DNA of 64,000 nt from Candidatus Bathyarchaeia archaeon (GCA_038727135.1 JAVYWL010000002.1:64001-128000); one strand, 5' to 3'. Shown: positions 1 to 11,227, counted from the stretch's first letter. Translations and numbers: made by a program. Notes: generated by a model from the sequence alone, not told the origin.

Positions 1-751
1 CGACGCCGTAAAGCCCCTTCCCAATGACACTGCAGGTTTTTAGGGCTATTTCCTTGAGTTTTTGAGGCGCATTGTCACGTTTCAGAGTAACTGTTCTGCC
101 CCATATGAAGCTTGGTTTTCCACGGCGCTTTACGCCGTGTTTCCACTTGCCCTTCGGCATCATGTACTTGCAAACATATAGAACTTCGCCGTTTAGGACG
201 CCCACACGCCAGTCAAAGCGGGAAGGCATAAACTTCTGCACAACAATGTAGTCTGACCGCCTAAAGAATCGTTTGGCAACTTCTCGAAAGCTTGTTTCGC
301 ATGAAACCTTCTCCACATATTTAGAGAAGCTGGTGTAAGGCGCCTTAATAACCACTGGTTTTCCAAAAAGCTCGAAGATTTCCTCTATCTGCCTATGATG
401 AAACTCATCCTTGTTCAAAAAAAATGTTGGAATGCGCGGCACATTATACTTTTCAAAGAGCCGGTACTGGTGGATTTTGTTGGCGCAAATCCTAATCGAA
501 ATTGGGTCGTCAACAACTTTTAAGCCAAGCTCCCAAGCAGTTTTTGAAACTACATAGGCTGTGTAAAGCGGGTCGGTGGTCGCCCTAATGAAAACTGCGT
601 CATACTTTGGGATTTCAGAAAGTCCGCTTCTAAATAAGAAGTTGAACGAATGCCCCATCTGCTCAGCTGTTTGCTTAAAGGTTTGGAGAGCCTCAGCTTC
701 GTCAGAATATGTGAAATTGTATTTTTCAACAAAACATGCTATCCGCGTCAA
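1..751 (-). CDS. RimK-family ATP-grasp ligase (partial, runs off window; missed by ORF track)
   Basis: Manual translation from TTG at 751 (TTGA overlap with upstream stop): MTRIACFVEKYNF...YDAVFIRATTDP...VVDDPISIRICANKIHQY...PVVIKAP...VVQKFMPSRFDWRVGVL, typical of RimK-type ATP-grasp. Confidence 0.8.
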   Translation of the reverse strand, partial: MTRIACFVEKYNFTYSDEAEALQTFKQTAEQMGHSFNFLFRSGLSEIPKYDAVFIRATTDPLYTAYVVSKTAWELGLKVVDDPISIRICANKIHQYRLFEKYNVPRIPTFFLNKDEFHHRQIEEIFELFGKPVVIKAPYTSFSKYVEKVSCETSFREVAKRFFRRSDYIVVQKFMPSRFDWRVGVLNGEVLYVCKYMMPKGKWKHGVKRRGKPSFIWGRTVTLKRDNAPQKLKEIALKTCSVIGKGLYGV

Positions 752-1479
752 TCAAACCATCCTTTCCCGGAAACCCGGGAAACAATTTGAGAAATCATAT
801 CAACGTCAGGAGGCGTAATTTCCTCCATCTTTAAGGGTTGAAGCCCACAAAGGTAGGTTTTCCCATTGAAACGTTGAATATGCAATTTGCATACTGGAAT
901 TTTGAAGGTTTCATAGACTTTTTTGGCTATTTCCCGTGTGTTGCTGTCTTCATGGACGCATTCGCCGAAGAAGGATTTAACGGAAACTATTTCGCCACGT
1001 AGTGGTTGGGCGCAAACGGCATAACGGTAGTTCATGCTTAGGCTTTTGACAGCCTTGTATAGGGCAGTTCTATTTCTTGCTGTTTGGAAACCGTTAAACG
1101 AAAAGGGATTAACTGCGAAGACAACAACTGGGAAGCTGAATTCAGCCATTATCTGCTTAACAGAGTCCGTAACAAGATATGGCGTTACTGGCGTCCCATT
1201 TTTTGAAGCTCTAACCAGTAGAACCGGCAGCCTGTAAGCATCTATGGCGTTTTCCGTTGTTGGGACAACATCGTTTCCAAGAATTTCAGCGTGAAGCGAA
1301 ACATAATAGCCTGTTTTCATGTATCTGTAGTCGTTGTTTATGTTGAGAATGAAGTCCCTAACAGAAGACTTGAGGAAGGCTGATGGTTTTATTATGGACG
1401 CGTTTGTTCTTAGGTCGATGTTTGAGACGACCAGCACGCAAGAGGCACCAGACAACAGAAAACAGCTAACACCATCCAA
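748..1479 (-). CDS. RimK-like ATP-grasp N-terminal (RLAN) domain protein
   Basis: DYRYMKTGYYVSLHAE...VVPT motif resembles RLAN; translationally coupled to the RimK-like gene. Confidence 0.7.
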   Translation of the reverse strand: MDGVSCFLLSGASCVLVVSNIDLRTNASIIKPSAFLKSSVRDFILNINNDYRYMKTGYYVSLHAEILGNDVVPTTENAIDAYRLPVLLVRASKNGTPVTPYLVTDSVKQIMAEFSFPVVVFAVNPFSFNGFQTARNRTALYKAVKSLSMNYRYAVCAQPLRGEIVSVKSFFGECVHEDSNTREIAKKVYETFKIPVCKLHIQRFNGKTYLCGLQPLKMEEITPPDVDMISQIVSRVSGKGWFD

Positions 1480-1551
1480 ATATTTAAAACTAACTATGCA
1501 ACTATGCCAATCAACTCTATTCCTAGCGGGGAAATGCTATAAGCTTATATT

Positions 1552-2784
1552 TTGGCTGGCTGCACAATTCTCTCTGTTAAAGAGGCAGTCTGTACGTACA
1601 GAACCTTAGAGGTTCTCGGACCAGAACATGAGTTCTCGCTCGTAGATGAAAATTTGAGGGCTTTGCCAATGGTTGACAAAGTCATAAAGGATGTTTATGG
1701 GCGAGTTGTAAACTTTGTGGAGTTTGGCAACTTCACCTTTGGAAAAGAATTGCAACTTCACGTTGTTGAGGTTAAGCCTAACAAACCTTTCAAGTCACCA
1801 AAAACCTTTGAAGAGAACATGCATGAGGCTGTTTTAAGGCTCAGCGAAATGCTTGAACATCGTTATGGAGCGAGGCTTTTGGGAACTGGGATGCATCCGA
1901 CATTGAGGCTTGAGGAAACAGCCGTTTGGCCGCATCGCCACAAGCAGATTTACGAGGCTTTCAGCCGAATCTTCAACCTTAAACAGCATGGATGGCTTAA
2001 CATACAAAGCTTTCAACTTAACATTCCATATGCCGATGAAGCCAAAGCCGTTCAAATGCATAACCTGCTTGCCAACGTCTGCGCCTATCTTCCAGCTGTT
2101 TCGGCTTCCTCCCCCATCTTTGAGGGGCAATTAGGCGATTACGTGGATAATAGGCTTCTCTTTTACATGGAAAACCAGAAGGAAATTCCATCAGTAACTG
2201 GAAAAGTCGTTCCCGAATATGTTCAGTCCTTTAGGCAGTATAGGCAGGAAGTTATTGGGCGTTATTCGGCTGATTTAGCCAAGGTTGGAGCCCACAGTTG
2301 CATCCTCAACAAGGAATGGGTTAACTCGAGGGGCATAATCTTCCGCTTTGAAAGGAAAGCCCTAGAAATAAGGGTCATGGACGAACAGGAATGCATAAAA
2401 TCCGACGTGGCTCTAAGCTGTTTTATAAGGGCGCTGCTTAGAGGCTTGATGAAAACGGATGAGCCTTTAATGCCGACGGAAGTTTTGGCTGAAGACTTCA
2501 AGTCCGTCATAAAATATGGCTTAGAGGCGAAAGTGCTCCATTCCAATGGGCCAACAGCTAGGCATGTGTGCAGACACTTTTTAAAAGTCGCTTGGGAAAA
2601 CGCCACATCCGAAGAGAAGGAATATCTCCCCTTAATAGAGAAGCGTGTTGAACACGGCAACCTTTCAGATGTCATCAGAGAGAAAGTCAAAGTTAGGGCG
2701 CAGAAGACGAATATGCATGAGGCAATTATAGACGTTTACTCGAAACTTTTAAACAGCCTAGAGGCTAATGAACCCATATTTTGA
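1552..2784 (+). CDS. glutamate--cysteine ligase family 2 (GCS2) carboxylate-amine ligase
   Basis: LGPEHEF, KELQLHVVE, GTGMHP, SASSP, ALEIRVMDEQE motifs; exact start uncertain. Confidence 0.8.
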   Translation: MAGCTILSVKEAVCTYRTLEVLGPEHEFSLVDENLRALPMVDKVIKDVYGRVVNFVEFGNFTFGKELQLHVVEVKPNKPFKSPKTFEENMHEAVLRLSEMLEHRYGARLLGTGMHPTLRLEETAVWPHRHKQIYEAFSRIFNLKQHGWLNIQSFQLNIPYADEAKAVQMHNLLANVCAYLPAVSASSPIFEGQLGDYVDNRLLFYMENQKEIPSVTGKVVPEYVQSFRQYRQEVIGRYSADLAKVGAHSCILNKEWVNSRGIIFRFERKALEIRVMDEQECIKSDVALSCFIRALLRGLMKTDEPLMPTEVLAEDFKSVIKYGLEAKVLHSNGPTARHVCRHFLKVAWENATSEEKEYLPLIEKRVEHGNLSDVIREKVKVRAQKTNMHEAIIDVYSKLLNSLEANEPIF

Positions 2785-2790
2785 TAGAGG

Positions 2791-3339
2791 TTGGAAGCGC
2801 GTATGCAAGCTGAAGGCGAACGCCAGAAAAACTTCTTTAACATTTGCGGCACTTGCAAGATTAACTGTTGCTGGGATGCTAGACCGCCAATAACCGAAAA
2901 GCGTGAAAAAATTATTCTAGAATACTTGAAGGCGCATGGCATCCACGTTGAGAATCCTTTCGTGCATGCTGAATATACTTTTCCAAGGGAAGACGAAGGC
3001 GGATACTGCATATTTTATGATAGGACGACGAGAAAATGTGTTGTGCATCCAGCAAAGCCAGAAACATGCGTCGCTGGTCCCATAACCTTCGACATAAACA
3101 AGGCGACTGGTAAAATTGAGTGGTACTTGAAGATGGAGAAAATTTGTCCCCTCGCTGGAGTAATTTACGAGGATAAAGCCCTCTTTAAGAAGCATTTTGA
3201 AGCCGCTAGAAGGGAAATTCTGCAGCTTGTAAGAGAACTGACGCCAAAGGCTTTGAAGATCATATTGAAGCGAGAAGAACCAGACACATTCAAGATAGGG
3301 GAGGAAGAAATAGAAGGGGAAATTTTGGATAAACTATAG
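2791..3339 (+). CDS. YkgJ-family Cys-cluster (Zn/Fe-chelating) protein
   Basis: CxxCxxxCC, CIFYD, CVVHPAKPETC pattern. Confidence 0.75.
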   Translation: MEARMQAEGERQKNFFNICGTCKINCCWDARPPITEKREKIILEYLKAHGIHVENPFVHAEYTFPREDEGGYCIFYDRTTRKCVVHPAKPETCVAGPITFDINKATGKIEWYLKMEKICPLAGVIYEDKALFKKHFEAARREILQLVRELTPKALKIILKREEPDTFKIGEEEIEGEILDKL

Positions 3340-3376
3340 GATAACATGTCGCAGGAGAATGTTAATTTTCAGCGTT

Positions 3377-6088
3377 TTAAGTTCTAGTGATCTTCCGCAT
3401 AAAAATTTCTGGCATAACAAGAAAGCCCAAGCATGAAAGGGACGCAACAATTACCCATTCAGCTATGTCTAATTGTGCTGTATGAAAAAGAAGGCTTAAT
3501 GCGGGAACATAAACAACAGCCAAAGTTGAAACTACAGATATAAGCACACCTGCAAGCAGCCACCTGTTGGTTAAGAAGCCCGCTTTGAAGGCATTTTTGG
3601 TTTCTGATCTGCAGTTCCAAACAACCACCAACTCGTAGAAACATGCCACTAGGAAAGCCATGGTTCTCGCTTTTTCAAGAGAACCCAAAACAGCGAAGCC
3701 CCACCAAAAAGCAGCGATCTCCGCTGCCAGCTGAATCAACGTGGATGCAAGAATGAAAATTAGCATGCCATGCAATAAGCCCTCCTTTGGGCTGCGGGGA
3801 GGTTTTTCCATAACATCCTCGGCTGGCGGATCTTTGCCTAAGGCTATTGCGGGCGGTCCGTCGGTGACAAGATTTAACCACAAGATCATTGTTGGCAGAA
3901 GGGGTATGGGCAAACCAGCTAAGGCAAAGGACCCTACAAGGATCAGTTCAGTAAAGTTGAGGGCGAGGAGAAACCTTATGAACTTTCTAATGTTGTTGTA
4001 AATTATTCGACCTCCTTCAACAGCTTTGACTATTGTGGCGAAGTTATCGTCTGCCAGAACCATGTCTGAAGCCTCCTTAGCCACGTCTGTTCCGGTTATG
4101 CCCATGGCTACGCCAATATCCGCTTGCTTTAGTGCTGGTGCATCGTTGACACCGTCCCCTGTCATTGCCACAATGTGCCCCTTCCTTTTCAAAATCTTAA
4201 CTATGCGAAGCTTGTGTTCAGGGGAGACTCTTGCGTAAACTGTTACTTTTTCAACAATTTCCTCAAACTTCTCGTCGCTTAGCTGGTCTAGTTCAGCGCC
4301 TGTTAAGACTAAGTCGCCCTCATTGTATATGCCGACTTCCTTCGCCACGGCGATGGCTGTGAGTTTGTGGTCTCCCGTTATCATCACAGCTTTTATTCCA
4401 GCTTTTTGGCATAGTTTAACGGCTTCCTTGGCTTCCTCTCTTGGCGGGTCAATCATCCCAACAAGTCCGACAAAAACCATGTCATGTTCGATGCTTTCTT
4501 CATTGTATTCGTTATCTAGGCTTGGTAGAACCTTGTAGGCTAAGCCTAACACACGAAGCGCTTGACTTGCCATTTCCTCGTTTTTTCTTAGAATTAGTTC
4601 TCTTCCCGCCTTGCTAAGTTTCGTTTCTTTCCCATCCATGTATATGTAACTGCAAAGTTGCAAGACGACTTCTGGAGAGCCTTTAGTAAAGGCAAGATAA
4701 CGCCCATCATCAGTCTTATGCAGTGTTGTCATACGTTTCCTTTCAGAACTAAATGGGATTTCGCTCACTCTCGGATACTCTTTTTCCACATAGCTCTTCC
4801 ATATTCCTGCCTTTGCCGCCGCAACAATGAGTGCTCCCTCGGTAGGGTCTCCGAGAATTGTTTGCCCATCATAGGAGGCGTTATTACATAATGCTCCAAT
4901 TTTAAGGAGCAACGCTATCCCGGGTTCAAGAATAGGGTTTATTTGTGTACCATCCTTTTGGAACTCGCCGATTGCTGAGTAGCCAGAACCCGTAACATCA
5001 ATCATCTTGTTGTTGACGAAGATTTTGCGTACCGTCATTTCACCCTTTGTCAACGTGCCAGTTTTATCTGAGCATATGACTGTTGTGGAGCCCAAAGTTT
5101 CCACAGAGGCGAGTCTCCGAATTACCGCGTTGCGTTTAGCAAGCTCTCTGGCACCAAGAGCAAGGGTCACAGTAACAATGGCTGGTAAGCCTTCGGGAAC
5201 GGCAGACACAGCTAAAGCCACAGAGGTCATAAATATCTCGATGCCGATTACGGCGTTCCTCAGAAACGCAAGCGCCAGAATTAACGCCGCAGCAACAACC
5301 ACCAAACCGATTTTCTTGGCGAACTTATCAAGTTTAGTTTTTAAGGGGATTTCCTCTTTTTCAACTGCTTGAACCATTTCTGCTATTTTGCCAAACTCTG
5401 TGCTCATCCCGGTGGCTACAACTACGGCCTTTCCTCTTCCATAAACCACATGGGTTGCAGCGAAAACCATGTTTCGCCTTTCAGATACCACCGTGTTTTC
5501 AGGCAAAACCATCGTGCTCTTGTTTACCGGAACAGATTCCCCCGTTAAAACAGCCTCGTTGACCCTAAGTTCAAAAGCTTCGATAACTCTGCCATCAGCA
5601 GACACACGATCCCCAGCTTCGAGGACCAGAATGTCTCCGGGAACAACTTCCCTTGCTGGAATTGAAACTTCTTTGCCATCCCGCAGCACCCTCGCTTTGG
5701 GAGCTGCCAATTTCTCCATGGCTTCTATTGCCTTTTCCGACCTATACTCTTGTATAAAGCCAACAACAGCGTTGAGAATAACAATGGCGCCAATCACGAT
5801 CGCGTCAGCATATGTTTCTATTGCCGCGTGAGGTTTAGCTGCGGTTTCAGCTTCAAACCAGCCAATTACGACTGAAATAACAATGGCCGCCAACAAAATC
5901 AGTGTGAAAACATTTTTGAACTGAAGTAGGAAAATCTTGAACAGGGAAATTCTTTTTCGCCTTTCAAACTCGTTATAACCGAACTTACGTAGCCTAAGCG
6001 CAGCTTCTTCAGTGCTCAAGCCCTTCCGGTCGGAATTTAAAGCATGCAGAACATCCTCTACATCCATTGCATGCCATCGATGAGCCAA
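3377..6088 (-). CDS. P-type cation-transporting ATPase (type IIA, Ca2+-like)
   Basis: TGES, PEGL, DKTGT phosphorylation site, GDGVNDAP. Confidence 0.95.
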   Translation of the reverse strand: MAHRWHAMDVEDVLHALNSDRKGLSTEEAALRLRKFGYNEFERRKRISLFKIFLLQFKNVFTLILLAAIVISVVIGWFEAETAAKPHAAIETYADAIVIGAIVILNAVVGFIQEYRSEKAIEAMEKLAAPKARVLRDGKEVSIPAREVVPGDILVLEAGDRVSADGRVIEAFELRVNEAVLTGESVPVNKSTMVLPENTVVSERRNMVFAATHVVYGRGKAVVVATGMSTEFGKIAEMVQAVEKEEIPLKTKLDKFAKKIGLVVVAAALILALAFLRNAVIGIEIFMTSVALAVSAVPEGLPAIVTVTLALGARELAKRNAVIRRLASVETLGSTTVICSDKTGTLTKGEMTVRKIFVNNKMIDVTGSGYSAIGEFQKDGTQINPILEPGIALLLKIGALCNNASYDGQTILGDPTEGALIVAAAKAGIWKSYVEKEYPRVSEIPFSSERKRMTTLHKTDDGRYLAFTKGSPEVVLQLCSYIYMDGKETKLSKAGRELILRKNEEMASQALRVLGLAYKVLPSLDNEYNEESIEHDMVFVGLVGMIDPPREEAKEAVKLCQKAGIKAVMITGDHKLTAIAVAKEVGIYNEGDLVLTGAELDQLSDEKFEEIVEKVTVYARVSPEHKLRIVKILKRKGHIVAMTGDGVNDAPALKQADIGVAMGITGTDVAKEASDMVLADDNFATIVKAVEGGRIIYNNIRKFIRFLLALNFTELILVGSFALAGLPIPLLPTMILWLNLVTDGPPAIALGKDPPAEDVMEKPPRSPKEGLLHGMLIFILASTLIQLAAEIAAFWWGFAVLGSLEKARTMAFLVACFYELVVVWNCRSETKNAFKAGFLTNRWLLAGVLISVVSTLAVVYVPALSLLFHTAQLDIAEWVIVASLSCLGFLVMPEIFMRKITRT

Positions 6089-6331
6089 GCTTCTTCCCTA
6101 CCGGCTATGCTACCATCAATTATAACTGGTCTTCTAAACAAACGTGGAGGATAATTTTGAGAATCTAACATATAATCCTTTTAGTCATCAATTTGGATAC
6201 TTTTTCGCAAAAATCTAGAGGGGGCTATCCAATTTACGGCTGCTACAACTCATAAATTTGATGTTGCGTGTTGCAAAATGCTTTTACCTTTGGTTTTCCG
6301 CTATTCCTATAGCATCGAGGTTTAAACCGCT

Positions 6332-9208
6332 TTGAAAGAGCAGCCCAAAAATGCTTTTGACCTTCTAGTTAAGCCTGTTCGCCGCTTGATTGAGCAGAGG
6401 GGATTCTCTAAACCAACAGAGCCTCAAGAAAAGACTATTCCGCTCATCCTTGAAGGGAAAAATGTTCTGCTTATTTCGCCAACAGCGACCGGCAAGACTG
6501 AAGCCGCCTTCTTACCCGTTTTGAGCATGCTATTGCAGGAGCCACACACTCCAGGCATAAAAGTGCTTTACATCACGCCTCTGAGGGCTTTAAACCGGGA
6601 CATGTTGGAACGCCTTGAATGGTGGTGTAACAATCTAGACATTAAGCTGGCTGTTAGGCACGGCGACACAGAAACCCGCGAACGGACAAGGCAAGCGCGG
6701 AGTCCACCGGACGTTTTGATAACAACGCCTGAAACTCTGCAGGCTATTTTGGTTGGCTGGATTATGAGGCAACACTTGCAGCAAGTCCGCTGGGTCATAA
6801 TTGATGAAGTTCATGAGATGGCTGACAGCAAACGTGGAAGCCAGCTTGCCCTAAGCCTTGAAAGGCTCAGAACAATGATTGGGAGAGACTTCCAAATAAT
6901 AGGCTTGTCAGCCACCATTGGCAGCCCTGAAAAGGTAGCTCAATTCCTCGTTGGAAACGGCCGTCCAATAGAGATTGTACGAGTTCCAGTTGCCAGAAAA
7001 ATGCGTCTCAAAATACTTTTCCCAAAGCCTAAACCAGAAGACTTTAGACTGGCAGAACAGCTTTACACGCACCCAGAGGTGGCGGCCAGGCTTAGGGTTA
7101 TCCGCGATTACATAAGCCGCCATAGATCGGTTCTTCTCTTCACAAATACACGCGCCATATCAGAGGTTTTGGCAAGCCGTTTCAAAGTCTGGGACATAGA
7201 CTTCCCAGTTTCCATACATCATGGCTCTTTGGCCAAGCCCTCCCGTATAGCAGCAGAAAGAGGCCTAAAAAATGGCGAGTTGAAGGGCTTGGTTTGCACC
7301 AGCAGCCTAGAGCTTGGCATAGATGTAGGCCGCATAGACCTAGTCATACAGTACATGAGCCCCCGCCAGGTTACAAGGCTTATCCAACGGGTTGGAAGAA
7401 GCGGCCACAGAATTGGTCACATAGCCGAGGGAATAATTGTAACAATGGATTCTGATGACACGTTGGAGGCTTTGGCCATAGCAAGACGCGCCCTAAAAGA
7501 GGATTTAGAACCAGTCGAAATTCCGCCAAAGCCTTATGATGCTTTAGCTCATCAAATTGCTGGGCTACTCCTAAAACAGAAGAGGCTTGAGTTCGGCGAA
7601 ATCTTGGAAATGTTTAGGAAAGCCTACCCATACGCCGACCTAACAATGGAAGATATTGAAAAAATTTTACGATATATGCATGAACGCTTCCCTAGACTTG
7701 CGTGGGTTTCCTTTGAAGACAAGGTGGTTCTGAAACCAAGAAGAACTAAGGCGCTTTTCGAATATTATTTTGACAATTTGTCCATGATACCTGAGGAGAA
7801 ACAATACCTGGTAGTGGATGAGACAACAGATCAAGCTGTGGGAATTTTAGATGAAGCCTTCATGGCGGAGTATGGCAAGCCAGGAATAAAGTTCATAATC
7901 CGTGGAAGCCCATGGCGAATCCTCCACATATCAGGTGACAAGGTCTACGTAAAGCCGGTTGACGACCCTACCGGGGCTATTCCAAGCTGGATAGGTGAGG
8001 AAATCCCAGTGCCCTTTGAGGTTGCCCAAGAGGTCGGCTACATCCGTGGTTTTGTTGAAGAGCAAACCCGCAAGGGCCTGCCCCCACAAGAAATTGCATC
8101 TAAACTTAGCGAAAGCTATCCGGCAGAAAAAGAGACAATTTTGGACGCTTTAGCCGAGACCATTGAGCAGGTAGCTGCTGGAATACCTGTTCCAACGGAT
8201 AATCGAATAACCGTCGAAGATTGGGAGGACTTCGTCATAGTCCATGCCCATTTCGGTTCTCTTACGAACAGAGCTCTAGCCCAGCTTGTTGGGCAACTAC
8301 TATCCGAAAGGGTTGGGTACGGCATAGTGGTTCAACACGACCCGTACCGTATATTCATACAAACAATGGGTGCTGCAGACGCTGACCAAATTGTCACATT
8401 GTTTGATGAAATGGCTTTAATGGGCGAGCAAACCGTCAGAGACACTTTGACAAGGGCCACTGTTAAGACTGGCATTTTTAAGAGGCGGATGATTCACGTG
8501 GCAAGACGCTTCGGCGCACTGGAGAAGTGGGCTGACTTTAGCAATGTAAGCCTCCAAAGACTTTTGAAAAGCTTCGAGGGAACCCCAATATTTGAGGAAG
8601 CCCTTAAAGAGGTTTTCACAAAAGACTTGGACGTTGAAAGGCTCGTCCAGGTTTTAGAGAAAATCCGCAGGGGCGAAATAGAAATTGTTAAGGTTGAAAC
8701 TGGCGGAACTGCCACCCCAGTTGCTCGTGTTGGCATTGAACGCGTCAGCATGAAAACAGACCTCATCCCACCTGAAAGGATGCGAGCCGTGCTCATAGAA
8801 TCCGCAAAAGCAAGGCTGTTGAACGAAACATGCAATCTCATCTGCACAAACTGCTGGAGTTACGCGGACATGATACGCGTCAAAGACTTGCCAGCAAAAC
8901 CAAAATGTCCAAAGTGTGGCTCCGGAGCCATCGGGCTTCTAAGGGTTGAGGAAGAGAAGGTCATGCCACTGGTGGAGAAGAAGGGCGAAAAGCTCACAAA
9001 AAGCGAGGAGAAAATTCGGAGGCAAGCCCTACAAACAGCCCGCCTAATAGAAAAGTATGGCAAGGCGGCGGCGGTAGCCCTCTGCGCAAGGAAAGTTCAA
9101 CCATCAGACATTAAGGAAGTTCTTGAAAAGGAAGCAATGCTCACGGATAGGTTCTATGAGCTTGTTTTAGAGGCTGAACGCAAAGCCATAAGCAAAAGAT
9201 TCTGGTAG
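6332..9208 (+). CDS. lhr: Lhr-family SF2 helicase with C-terminal Zn ribbon
   Basis: PTATGKT, DEVH, SAT, SSLELGID, QRVGRSGH, IPSW motifs; CxxC...CxxC near C-terminus. Confidence 0.92.
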   Translation: MKEQPKNAFDLLVKPVRRLIEQRGFSKPTEPQEKTIPLILEGKNVLLISPTATGKTEAAFLPVLSMLLQEPHTPGIKVLYITPLRALNRDMLERLEWWCNNLDIKLAVRHGDTETRERTRQARSPPDVLITTPETLQAILVGWIMRQHLQQVRWVIIDEVHEMADSKRGSQLALSLERLRTMIGRDFQIIGLSATIGSPEKVAQFLVGNGRPIEIVRVPVARKMRLKILFPKPKPEDFRLAEQLYTHPEVAARLRVIRDYISRHRSVLLFTNTRAISEVLASRFKVWDIDFPVSIHHGSLAKPSRIAAERGLKNGELKGLVCTSSLELGIDVGRIDLVIQYMSPRQVTRLIQRVGRSGHRIGHIAEGIIVTMDSDDTLEALAIARRALKEDLEPVEIPPKPYDALAHQIAGLLLKQKRLEFGEILEMFRKAYPYADLTMEDIEKILRYMHERFPRLAWVSFEDKVVLKPRRTKALFEYYFDNLSMIPEEKQYLVVDETTDQAVGILDEAFMAEYGKPGIKFIIRGSPWRILHISGDKVYVKPVDDPTGAIPSWIGEEIPVPFEVAQEVGYIRGFVEEQTRKGLPPQEIASKLSESYPAEKETILDALAETIEQVAAGIPVPTDNRITVEDWEDFVIVHAHFGSLTNRALAQLVGQLLSERVGYGIVVQHDPYRIFIQTMGAADADQIVTLFDEMALMGEQTVRDTLTRATVKTGIFKRRMIHVARRFGALEKWADFSNVSLQRLLKSFEGTPIFEEALKEVFTKDLDVERLVQVLEKIRRGEIEIVKVETGGTATPVARVGIERVSMKTDLIPPERMRAVLIESAKARLLNETCNLICTNCWSYADMIRVKDLPAKPKCPKCGSGAIGLLRVEEEKVMPLVEKKGEKLTKSEEKIRRQALQTARLIEKYGKAAAVALCARKVQPSDIKEVLEKEAMLTDRFYELVLEAERKAISKRFW

Positions 9209-9300
9209 AAGGGCTGAAAGACTTACAACAACTTTTAAATGGGAGACCACGTTAATCTGGGTGAGCACAACTTTCAGCAACAGTGGAGAGATAAAGAAGT

Positions 9301-9627
9301 TTGGAGATAAGCCGAAAAAGACTCCGAGAAGAAGTCCTAAACAGGATAAAGTATGTTAAAAACTGTGTTTTGGCAAGGGAACTATGCCTCCTAATCAGAA
9401 CAAACAGAGCCGTCCTCGAGCCAAAAGATGTACAGGAAATATGCCTCTACATTTCAGGCTTATGCAAGGAGGAAGGATGCGAAGAACCAAGCGAGCTCTG
9501 CCGAAAAGCAGCAGAAGCCGTGGGCGCAGGAGACGAGGAGAAATATTTGGAGTTATGCGCTCAAAGCGCTATGAAATGTGGAGAGTCCAGACGCCCAACA
9601 CCTAAGAGAGCCACCTACGTTGCCTAG
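9301..9627 (+). CDS. hypothetical helical Cys-rich protein (4x CX6C)
   Basis: 108 aa ORF co-oriented with neighbours; Cys at 22/29, 48/55, 60/67, 86/93. Confidence 0.6.
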   Translation: MEISRKRLREEVLNRIKYVKNCVLARELCLLIRTNRAVLEPKDVQEICLYISGLCKEEGCEEPSELCRKAAEAVGAGDEEKYLELCAQSAMKCGESRRPTPKRATYVA

Positions 9628-9672
9628 CGAAAGGGAAAATCTTTAAAAGAATAAAGTATCGGTAAAACCAAA

Positions 9673-10164
9673 ATGGAGGCATGCTCACTGTTCATAGCCC
9701 CATATGTCCCAACACCCCTCCCCGTCGTCCGTCACATGCTTATTTTAGCACAGCTGAAACCCGGCGAGGTTTTCTTCGATCTTGGCGCGGGAGATGGCAG
9801 AACAGTAATAATGGCTGCTAAAGAGTTTGGCGCAAGAGCGGTGGGCGTAGAACTACGCGAAGACCTTGCAAAAAGAGCCCTAAGCACGGTCTACGAAGAA
9901 GGGCTTCAAGACAGAGTGACAATAGTTAACGGCGACATGTTCAACGTTGACCTCTCATCAGCTGACGTTGTATTCCTATACCTAACCACAAGCGCCAATG
10001 AAAAGATAAAGCCAAAACTCGAAGCTGAACTTAAGCCGGGAGCCCGCGTTGTCTCCCACGACTACGAAATAGTGGGATGGAGACCATTAAAAGTTGAAAA
10101 CTTCTGCGAAAACCCAAAGCTTGGATACCCATCCCACACAATATACCTTTACAAGAAAGTTTAA
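9673..10164 (+). CDS. class I SAM methyltransferase (archaeal protein-lysine methyltransferase-like)
   Basis: PYVPTP, DLGAGDGR, VFLYL, VVSHDY. Confidence 0.8.
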   Translation: MEACSLFIAPYVPTPLPVVRHMLILAQLKPGEVFFDLGAGDGRTVIMAAKEFGARAVGVELREDLAKRALSTVYEEGLQDRVTIVNGDMFNVDLSSADVVFLYLTTSANEKIKPKLEAELKPGARVVSHDYEIVGWRPLKVENFCENPKLGYPSHTIYLYKKV

Positions 10165-10191
10165 GCCCCCTAACAAAGACTGGGACAAGGC

Positions 10192-10605
10192 ATGCCCCAA
10201 TCATTCAAAACATTATACAGAGTTTTGTGGCTGGACACCGATGCAGCCCAAATAGTCCACTTCCTAAACTTTTTCAAGTTTTTCGAAATAGCCGAAGAAG
10301 AGTTCTACCAGCATCTTAAACTGATAGACTTGTTTGCCTCCAAAGATTTGATAATGCCCAGAGTTGAAGCCTTCTGCCAATATCGGAAACCAGCAAAGTT
10401 CAACGACCTACTGGAAATAGAGCTAACAGTGGATGAAATGAGGGAAAAATCCGTAAAATATAGCTTCAAAATCTACAATAAGGAAACGGCGGAACTGCTG
10501 GCAGACGGCTACATTGTGGCTGTCGCCGCAAACAGACGCACACTGAAAGCCATGGAAATCCCAAAGGAAGTTGCTGAAAAACTCAAAGCCTATTACAACG
10601 GCTAA
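10192..10605 (+). CDS. acyl-CoA thioesterase (4HBT/YbgC hotdog fold)
   Basis: DTDAAQIVHFLNFFKFFE motif. Confidence 0.85.
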   Translation: MPQSFKTLYRVLWLDTDAAQIVHFLNFFKFFEIAEEEFYQHLKLIDLFASKDLIMPRVEAFCQYRKPAKFNDLLEIELTVDEMREKSVKYSFKIYNKETAELLADGYIVAVAANRRTLKAMEIPKEVAEKLKAYYNG

Positions 10606-10685
10606 GGAGGGAAAATAAACCTTTAATCCGAGACCTTAAACTTCAAAATTTTGAAAAACCAGTAAAGGCTTAAGGGCAAAGGGCT

Positions 10686-11201
10686 ATGCTGTTCGTTCCA
10701 TGGCAGTACATTGCAGACTGGAAATGCAACACTTGCGGCTTATGCTGCAAAGCCTACAGCGTAGTCCTAAACTTCCAAGAATGGCTAAAAATAGTAAAGA
10801 ACTACGGCGTAGAAACAACAGTTTCAGGATTAAACAAATTATACTTGCGAAGAAAAAGCGACGGCTCATGCATATTCCTCTATAAAATGGCAGACATGCA
10901 CCTATGCGGACTACAACACATGAAGCCAGCAGCTTGCAAACTTTGGCCCTTCAAAATTTTAGCTACACCAAAGTTTGGATACGCAAGAGAAGCCTTGTAC
11001 CATTACGGCGGAAAAGCATTGTACATATATGCTGACTCCACATGCACCGGAATAATCTACGGGAGACCATCATGGGAGTTTGCAAACCAAACCCTAAAAG
11101 AATTTATAGAAATCGCCATAGGAATCCGCAGCGACCAAAAAAGAAGCAAAGCAAACATAGATTTTATCCAACAATACCCATCAATAAGACGGCTTTTTTA
11201 A
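10686..11201 (+). CDS. YkgJ-family Cys-cluster protein
   Basis: CNTCGLCC, CIFL, KPAACKLWPF. Confidence 0.8.
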   Translation: MLFVPWQYIADWKCNTCGLCCKAYSVVLNFQEWLKIVKNYGVETTVSGLNKLYLRRKSDGSCIFLYKMADMHLCGLQHMKPAACKLWPFKILATPKFGYAREALYHYGGKALYIYADSTCTGIIYGRPSWEFANQTLKEFIEIAIGIRSDQKRSKANIDFIQQYPSIRRLF

Positions 11202-11227
11202 GCAAATTTTGTGGTTAACGCTTTGCT

